A stretch of DNA of 54,884 bases, from the IMG/VR virus record IMGVR_UViG_3300020159_001695, positions 1-54,884 of that record. One strand, written 5' to 3'. The notes beneath the pieces are model-generated. The model was not told where the DNA came from, did not search any database, and was given only the letters and a program-made list of their open reading frames with translations. This DNA comes from a virus (taxonomy: Duplodnaviria > Caudoviricetes). A program made the position numbers and the translations under genes. Of this stretch, positions 47,878 through 54,884 are shown in pieces (positions within the stretch are counted from its first letter, which is position 1; every line of letters begins with the position of its first letter).

Positions 47878-50307
47878 TTATAAATTATATCTTGTTCTTA
47901 AAGCGTTATAATTTTGTATTACTTCCGCTTGATTTAAATCCCTATTATATAGTGAAAAATTACTTAGATTGGCGGTGCATGCACCAGGAATGTTCGCGCC
48001 CGTATTCATTGAGTTGAATAATAAATTAAAATTTGTTGCGGCTGATTGATCGGATGTTAGTGTTAATATTCCATCGGTATAAAATCTTAAAACTCTCGAT
48101 GAATTAACTGTCATACATATGTTATGCCATTTAGAATGAAAACTATTTTGAGATTCAAATGATATCCTTTGACCTACATCAACACCACCTTGAGTACCAA
48201 AAGGGTTAAAAATAACAACCCCATTACTTGATGATGTCGATATATACATATCACTTCTATAAATAGCTAAATTAGCACCCGCACCGGATGTAAATGTATT
48301 ATCAATCGATCCGTCAGTATTTAACCTTATTAAATTATTATACGTCACTCCACTATATGTTGTAGGAACATTTGTACTGGTTGTATTGAAATTGGCATCT
48401 GTTAATACTATTATTTTACCATCTGATTGTAAATCTATTGAGTTAATATACGTATTAAACCCACTACCTGTTACAAATGTATTATCTATTGTCCCACCAC
48501 TATTTAACCTGATTATCCTATTTGCAGTTACACCACTATATGATGTAAAAAAGCCACCTAATAATATTTTATTATCGGGTTGAATTCTTACACAATTTAC
48601 GTGATTATCAAAACCCGCTCCTGTGGTGAAAGTATTATCAATTGTCCCATTTGTATTTAATTTAACTATTCTATTCGCAGTAATACCACTATACGTTATA
48701 AACCTACCTGCCACCAATATCTTACCATCGGCAGTTACCTTAATACCATTACCGCATGGGTATTGATTTGACGTACTACCCGCATTTGCAAAACCAGCCC
48801 CCACAACAAATGATGTGTCAGCCAAACCTGTTGTACCATTTATTTTTACTATTCTTGGATATGACGCATTATTAAATGTTGTAAAATTACCGCCGACATA
48901 ATAATCGTTATTACTATCTGCAACAATACTACTAACAGATGTTGAATTAAAACCGGTTAAAGTGTTAAATGACGTATCAGGTGTTAAATTAGATAAGTTT
49001 ATTTTCGCTATTTTATTTACCGTTACTCCACTATATACCGTCGCCCAACCACCAACAACAACCATTTTTTGATTGACTAAATCCAATACTAATGTTCCTT
49101 CGTCATTAATTTGCGGTCCTCCACCACCTGAAGTTGCTGGAAATGTTGATACGGTATTACCACTTAAATCTATTTTCTTTAAACCATAATTACCAATATT
49201 TGTTCCAACAATATATGCGTTATTTTGATTGTCAAATATAATTTCACGTATATTTGTAACACCACCTAACGCATAATTGGCATTAAATGTCGTATCAATT
49301 GTTCCACCTGATAAAATTTTAGTTATAAAAGCTCTTTCTAAACCTTGATAACCTCTATATTCACCCATAATATAAATATTATTGGAGTTATCTACTTTAA
49401 CCCTCGATATGGTGTAATATAAAGATAAATCAATGCGATTAGCATAGGCTGTTGTATTACCTCTTGTTAAATTAAGAGTTTGTGAAGTTATTGCGCTCGT
49501 TATATTCCATTTATACCAATAATTTGCCGTCCAAGTTGATGCACTTATTTGTGTTGCCGATATTGTATCATCTAAACCATCAAATGATAGAGATCCGTAA
49601 TTTCCCCTACTATACCCAATACCATTATTTAATGATACGGTTGAGTTATTACCGCTTAAATCATTCATTGTAGTATTAATAGTAGTACTAAAAGGTATAT
49701 ATCCCGGATCGGTTGTTAATACCGCCAAATCATTATTTACAGTTCCACCTGATGTTGGAATTGATCTTGCAATTACCAATCCTGATATGTAATAAGTATC
49801 TCCAGTGTTATTAGCGGAAACACCTGACCCATATGAAAAACTAAAGTCAAACCAATTACTCGCATTATAATTACCGCCAGTATCCCAAGTTAATAATTGA
49901 GTCCAAGTCGTTGCTGTCCCTATTATTGCGGTAGCAAAACCCGGACCACCATTATCTGAAATATCAATTTGAATATTCGCTGTTGGATTATTTGTTGTTT
50001 CACCTCTAACATACATTGAATACCTATAAAATCCATTACCTAATGTTCCTATCGCTTCAGATGATGTTAATCTATGTAAAGAATTTACGAAACCTGTTCC
50101 ACATACCAACCTATAAACAGGAGCACCTGCAATTGGGGGTGTGATTGTCCCACCTGTCACTAATGTCATTGTTGATCTAATTACATTCCAACTTGTTAAA
50201 ACTGGTGATATATTTCTTATTGGAATACTAAACGATTTTGGATTAAAAGTGTCTATATTTAACAATAATCCATCAGTTACAACCCTATTTCTATTAATTA
50301 CTGCCAT
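47878..50307 (-). CDS. Virion protein: LamG-like domain interrupted by delta-60-like beta-propeller repeats
   Basis: VVTDGL.L.ID..N.KS start and YNR.L...EV.QNYNALR.RY end, enclosing Q.DGKI...G.F..Y.G....RI.RLN..G.ID.TF repeats. Confidence 0.78.
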   Translation of the reverse strand: MAVINRNRVVTDGLLLNIDTFNPKSFSIPIRNISPVLTSWNVIRSTMTLVTGGTITPPIAGAPVYRLVCGTGFVNSLHRLTSSEAIGTLGNGFYRYSMYVRGETTNNPTANIQIDISDNGGPGFATAIIGTATTWTQLLTWDTGGNYNASNWFDFSFSYGSGVSANNTGDTYYISGLVIARSIPTSGGTVNNDLAVLTTDPGYIPFSTTINTTMNDLSGNNSTVSLNNGIGYSRGNYGSLSFDGLDDTISATQISASTWTANYWYKWNITSAITSQTLNLTRGNTTAYANRIDLSLYYTISRVKVDNSNNIYIMGEYRGYQGLERAFITKILSGGTIDTTFNANYALGGVTNIREIIFDNQNNAYIVGTNIGNYGLKKIDLSGNTVSTFPATSGGGGPQINDEGTLVLDLVNQKMVVVGGWATVYSGVTVNKIAKINLSNLTPDTSFNTLTGFNSTSVSSIVADSNNDYYVGGNFTTFNNASYPRIVKINGTTGLADTSFVVGAGFANAGSTSNQYPCGNGIKVTADGKILVAGRFITYSGITANRIVKLNTNGTIDNTFTTGAGFDNHVNCVRIQPDNKILLGGFFTSYSGVTANRIIRLNSGGTIDNTFVTGSGFNTYINSIDLQSDGKIIVLTDANFNTTSTNVPTTYSGVTYNNLIRLNTDGSIDNTFTSGAGANLAIYRSDMYISTSSSNGVVIFNPFGTQGGVDVGQRISFESQNSFHSKWHNICMTVNSSRVLRFYTDGILTLTSDQSAATNFNLLFNSMNTGANIPGACTANLSNFSLYNRDLNQAEVIQNYNALRTRYNL

Positions 50308-50308
50308 A

Positions 50309-50974
50309 TTATATATTATATCTTGCTCTTATTGCGTTAAAATTTTGATTTATTTCTATTTGACTTAAAGCCCTTGAATATGTCTTAAACATATATATTG
50401 TACCTGTAGCATATGTTCCATTGGCAACACCTATTGACTTAATTGAAAAACTTCCACTTGCAGCTCCTGTTGATAATAATACGCCATTATTATATATTGA
50501 AAAAACACCTCCTTGACTTACTAATGTCATATGATTTGGTGCTTGCGTTAATGAAAAACCTGAAGCCCAACCAGAGGCGAAATAATATGTTGTGTCCAAT
50601 GTATTTCTTGAATTAACCCTATTATTCCATTCTAAAAAAAACCAACCGGTTGATGATGAGCTACCTTGAAAAACATATAAATATGGTGAAGTTGTTGCTG
50701 CTGTTTGTGGCGATTTAAAAACTAAATCAATTGTAAAATCACCTGAATACGTTAATAGGTTTGTAATATCAATACGTTGCGAACTTGCGGCCACTAAAGA
50801 TACTCCACCACCAAATTCACTAACAAATGTTGGTGAGTTAATTAAAGTTCCGTTATTTTGATTACCTGACATATCCGTTATAACTGTTCCACTTCTAGGG
50901 TATGATTTAGTATTTGTAAAATCCAAATAAATATCTAAACCATTAGTAACCATTGTTCGTGTTCCGTATATCAT
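50309..50974 (-). CDS. LamG/concanavalin A-like lectin protein
   Basis: VTNGL..YLD..N.KSYP.SG....DMSG..NNGTL.N...YSRALS..EI.QNFNA.R.RY. Confidence 0.82.
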   Translation of the reverse strand: MIYGTRTMVTNGLDIYLDFTNTKSYPRSGTVITDMSGNQNNGTLINSPTFVSEFGGGVSLVAASSQRIDITNLLTYSGDFTIDLVFKSPQTAATTSPYLYVFQGSSSSTGWFFLEWNNRVNSRNTLDTTYYFASGWASGFSLTQAPNHMTLVSQGGVFSIYNNGVLLSTGAASGSFSIKSIGVANGTYATGTIYMFKTYSRALSQIEINQNFNAIRARYNI

Positions 50975-51726
50975 ATATTAAACCTCCCCCTTATTGCGTT
51001 AAAATTTTGTCTAACTTCCAATGGTGTTAAAACCCTATTATATGCTTTAAATATATAGTAATCACCATCAATAGCATTTGCTCCATATGTAGCATTCCTA
51101 CCCATAATTAAATTAAGTGAGTTAGAATAACTGGTGCTTCCTGTCATAACGGAAGTATTTGTTATATTATTATTCACACCATTTGTATATAACGCCAATG
51201 CTTTTGATGTTGTATCAAATGTTAATGTATAATTGGCTAATCTATTATAAATTGGACTTAATGTTCCTGTACCTTGAGCGTATGTGGTATCAGCCAATCC
51301 ATTACCATTATCAACCGATATGATTGAGGCTGCCGTTGTTGCGTCACTCGCTAATAATCTCCATTGATAACCTTTAGCTCCGCCTAAACCACCTATTGAT
51401 GATCTTTTCATAAAAAAACAACTTGATGTTCCCACTATGGCCGATGTTAATGTCACAACAAAATCAAACGTAAAACTACCAGTTCCTGAATTAAAATTAA
51501 CGCTATCACTATTTGTTATTATACAACCTGAATTATTAGCCGTACTAAATGATAAACATAATTTACTGGTGTTGTATGTTGTTCCGGATAACGCACCATT
51601 ATTATTAAACCCACTTAAATCAAACCAAGAATTACCTGAACCCGGGTATGATTTTGGATTTGTTGCGTCTAAATGAACAACTAAACCATTAGTAACCATT
51701 GGTTGTGAAACTTTATATATTCCCAT
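50971..51726 (-). CDS. LamG/concanavalin A-like lectin protein
   Basis: Same family motifs; ATG at 51726 directly follows the upstream stop. Confidence 0.82.
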   Translation of the reverse strand: MGIYKVSQPMVTNGLVVHLDATNPKSYPGSGNSWFDLSGFNNNGALSGTTYNTSKLCLSFSTANNSGCIITNSDSVNFNSGTGSFTFDFVVTLTSAIVGTSSCFFMKRSSIGGLGGAKGYQWRLLASDATTAASIISVDNGNGLADTTYAQGTGTLSPIYNRLANYTLTFDTTSKALALYTNGVNNNITNTSVMTGSTSYSNSLNLIMGRNATYGANAIDGDYYIFKAYNRVLTPLEVRQNFNAIRGRFNI

Positions 51727-51728
51727 TA

Positions 51729-54700
51729 TTAATATGTTTGTGCTATTATAGTTGATGCCCAAAGGTAAGTATCTGTATTACCTGTTACTACCAATCTAAT
51801 GTTGTTGCTTGAAATGTCAATACCTACATTCGTATTATTGTTATCTCGATTTACAAAACCTTGATCTACCCCTACCTGAGTTAAACTACCTGTTAAACTT
51901 CTCTTAGCGGTATATTTGTATTCACTTATTGTTGAATCCATATTGGCGTTATTAGCCCTACCTAAAGTATTTGCCGTTAAGAATACTGTTTGTCCTGTCG
52001 GTATTGCTAATTGATATAATACCGAAACTGATGAACCAGTTGTTAATCCACTTACTTGAGACATTCTATAACCTAATCCAATACCTTCATTAAATATTAA
52101 ATCAGATTGAACTGTTACGGTTGAAGCACTATTTCTAATAACACCAAATGTTAGAGTTTTACCTGTCTTACTTAAAACTGTATTAGGGAAATCATATATA
52201 TTAACATCCCAATTTGAGGTTGCGTCAATTATTGGTAATCCTGATACGTCATTAACCCCATAAATTGTTCCTGATATTACATCACTTACAGTTAATTGTG
52301 TTCCGATATTTGTTGCTCCGAAATCCGCAATTATATTTGTGGCCCCTGTCCAAGTTAAAGTTGTTCCTGTGAAAAGGGTTTGGACTGATAACGCTTTATT
52401 TGTTTGGTTATGTTGAGCGTATATTATTGTTGGATTAATATATGTAGCATATAATGTATCACAAGCAGTCCCTCTTTGAGTTAATGTCTGATTTAAATTC
52501 CAACCACAAGTGTTATTAGCTGTTGCTGTAAATGTTCCATTAAATAAGTGTTGTCCTGTATTTAAAGCCGTATATAATGATAAAGGTGTTGAGTTTCTAA
52601 CAAGTAATGCACATCCTGAAGATGCTGATGTTCCTTGTAATAATGTTTGTCCGCAAGCATTTATACATTGAGTGAATGTTGTGTTAATAGCATTTGCCGT
52701 AATATTTGAACCTAAAATAAATGAGTTATTACAAGTTGTTGTATTATTTCTACCGCCTAATATATATCCAAATGCTCCTGTTACGGTATTACCTGAACCA
52801 CCTAAAATACCTGAATATGTTCCTGATGCCGTATTTCTACTACCACCAACAACTGCCGAGTATGCTCCTGTAAATCCTGATAAACCAGCAACTATACCAC
52901 TATTAATACCTTGAGCTGAGTTATAACAACCACCACCTATAAAAGAACAGGCTCCGACACCACAATTCTCCCTACCACCAATAACCGCAGAAAACTGACC
53001 TGATGTTCTATTTAAACAACCACCACCTATAATTGAACCATAACCTGATGCGGTATTACTCTTACCACCAATAACGGCTGCGTATGAAGAAGAACTTGTA
53101 TTATTATTACCTAATGCGATTGATACTGTTTGAGAAGCAACTGCTAATCTACCACCAGCAATACTACAAATTCCGGATGCTGTATTTGATAAACCACCAA
53201 TTACGGTTGAGAAGTTACCTGAAGCCGTATTAAGACAACCACCACCTATTGTTGAGTTAATACCTGATATTGTATTATTACTACCACCACCAATTACAGA
53301 TGAACCACTAAATGTGACATTCCTAAATCCACCACCAATAGATGAATAATTACCTGAATTTGTTGTATTACAAGATCCACCACCAATGAAACCAAAACAA
53401 TTTGAGTTTGTATTACAAAATCCACCACCAATAGAACCATATGAACCAAGAGCCGCAACTACCGTGTTTGATACACCGCCACCAACAAATGACGCATATG
53501 CGGAAGCGGAATTTAAACATCCACCTGCCACGGCAGAGAAACAAGACAACGTTCTATTTCTTGTTCCACCACCAATAAACCCTAAAGCACCATTTATTGT
53601 ATTAAATGTTCCACCACCAATATTACTACAAGTTGCGGTTACAAGTGTAACATTCCCACATCCACCACCAATAAAAGTATATACTCCGGTTGTTGTATTA
53701 CCTGAACCACTAAATATACCTGAGTATGTTGTGGCGGGAGTAATATTATTAAATGACCCTCCCCCAATAACAGAATAGTCCCCTGATGACGTATTTTTAA
53801 ATCCACCACCAAGAAATGAAGTTGAACCTGTGACAATATTTAACCTACCACCAGCAATAACTGAATATGTCCCTGAAGCGGTATTTCCTGTTCCACTTAA
53901 TACACCTGAATAGTTTCCTGATGTTATATTATTAGCATTTATCCTTACTGTTGATAATATACCTGAACCAAGTTCAATTACTTTATTATTAGTTAATCCT
54001 GTTACAATGCCATCTATATTATTCCATCTTACACCTGATGGTGATGTAAATAATACTTGATTTGTTGTTCCTGATGTGTTTGTACTATCATAGATGTAAG
54101 TTTTTACATTGAATGAATTACCACTTACATCACCTAAACCTGTCACTGCAAATGTATTAGTGCCAGCATTATTCTGAACCTCAATTACTCTATCAGTTTC
54201 AGCCGCACTACCCCTCCTAAATGTCACGGCACCTAATGTTGAATCTGTTAAAATCTCAGGTTGAGATGAGTTATCGTATGCTTGTTGTAATGTAGTTGTT
54301 GATAAACCACCTGTTCCACCTAATAATTCACCAAACTTTGATACTAAAGTAAATCTAGCATAATTAGTATTAGTCAATGGCTCACCATCCGCAACAATGT
54401 CATTCCTTACCGAAATAATACCAATTAAAATACCGGTGGTTTCAGCATTAGGGTATATGACAAAAGATTCTGTTTGTATTCCAGCAACCGCAGCTGTTAA
54501 ATTAGGGTAGTTTGTTTGTCCGTATAGAATATTTATAACACCAGTTGGATATAAATAAACCCTTTGGTTACTAGCATTATCACTACCCGCACCACCCATA
54601 CTGGTTATTACACCACCGACATCATATTTTGTAGGGTCAATCACGCTTACACTTGAAGAAGTTCCACCTGTTTGTGTTCTATAAAAAAAAGACGCTGGTG

Positions 54701-54884
54701 AATTAGCCGCTATTGATACTGAATTTGGATTTAATTGATTTGTTGTCCAACCAATACCATTACCCCATAACACCCCTGCTGATGTGTTAATTTCTAAAGT
54801 TGTTGAGTGTGGTGATACAATAATACCTTGATTTACCAATTTAATTGGTGTCCATAAATCACGCAATGCTGACATTGGTGATAC
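51729..54884 (-). CDS. Long fibre-like protein with IGGG..N repeats (5' end lies outside the window)
   Basis: Frame open to the window edge; same Gly/Cys repeat as ORFs 23475-31485. Confidence 0.75.
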   Translation of the reverse strand, partial: VSPMSALRDLWTPIKLVNQGIIVSPHSTTLEINTSAGVLWGNGIGWTTNQLNPNSVSIAANSPASFFYRTQTGGTSSSVSVIDPTKYDVGGVITSMGGAGSDNASNQRVYLYPTGVINILYGQTNYPNLTAAVAGIQTESFVIYPNAETTGILIGIISVRNDIVADGEPLTNTNYARFTLVSKFGELLGGTGGLSTTTLQQAYDNSSQPEILTDSTLGAVTFRRGSAAETDRVIEVQNNAGTNTFAVTGLGDVSGNSFNVKTYIYDSTNTSGTTNQVLFTSPSGVRWNNIDGIVTGLTNNKVIELGSGILSTVRINANNITSGNYSGVLSGTGNTASGTYSVIAGGRLNIVTGSTSFLGGGFKNTSSGDYSVIGGGSFNNITPATTYSGIFSGSGNTTTGVYTFIGGGCGNVTLVTATCSNIGGGTFNTINGALGFIGGGTRNRTLSCFSAVAGGCLNSASAYASFVGGGVSNTVVAALGSYGSIGGGFCNTNSNCFGFIGGGSCNTTNSGNYSSIGGGFRNVTFSGSSVIGGGSNNTISGINSTIGGGCLNTASGNFSTVIGGLSNTASGICSIAGGRLAVASQTVSIALGNNNTSSSSYAAVIGGKSNTASGYGSIIGGGCLNRTSGQFSAVIGGRENCGVGACSFIGGGCYNSAQGINSGIVAGLSGFTGAYSAVVGGSRNTASGTYSGILGGSGNTVTGAFGYILGGRNNTTTCNNSFILGSNITANAINTTFTQCINACGQTLLQGTSASSGCALLVRNSTPLSLYTALNTGQHLFNGTFTATANNTCGWNLNQTLTQRGTACDTLYATYINPTIIYAQHNQTNKALSVQTLFTGTTLTWTGATNIIADFGATNIGTQLTVSDVISGTIYGVNDVSGLPIIDATSNWDVNIYDFPNTVLSKTGKTLTFGVIRNSASTVTVQSDLIFNEGIGLGYRMSQVSGLTTGSSVSVLYQLAIPTGQTVFLTANTLGRANNANMDSTISEYKYTAKRSLTGSLTQVGVDQGFVNRDNNNTNVGIDISSNNIRLVVTGNTDTYLWASTIIAQTY

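Noticed and set aside
1-54884. Stop-codon reassignment, as reported for some theta-ribozyme phages
   Set aside because: Conserved genes (capsid, sheath, protease, polymerase) are full length in the standard code and coding density is high; no suppressor tRNA is seen here.

Overview
AT-rich 55 kb segment of a large T4-like (myovirus-type) phage. The host is very probably in Bacteroidota, based on TTTG-N19-TAnnTTTG promoters, a DUF4494-like gene, a lipoprotein and a tmRNA resuming at GGC. The window holds the 3' part of a family B DNA polymerase and head genes (major capsid, scaffold, prohead protease). Tail genes include sheath, tube, a gp5-like spike, two gp15-like paralogues and several long Gly/Cys-rich fibre proteins, plus LamG proteins. 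Accessory genes include two thioredoxins, Hsp20, KTSC, WYL, a Dps-like protein, two HAD phosphatases and an amidoligase. A dispersed sulfation set comprises APS kinase, an HxGH nucleotidyltransferase, DUF2061, a sulfotransferase and a glycosyltransferase. The most striking element lies in the ORF-free gap 33594-34174 (minus strand): a phage tmRNA without encoded CCA whose discriminator base is followed directly by a complete HDV-like (theta-type) self-cleaving ribozyme fold. All calls come from reading the sequence by eye; no database searches or folding programs were run.
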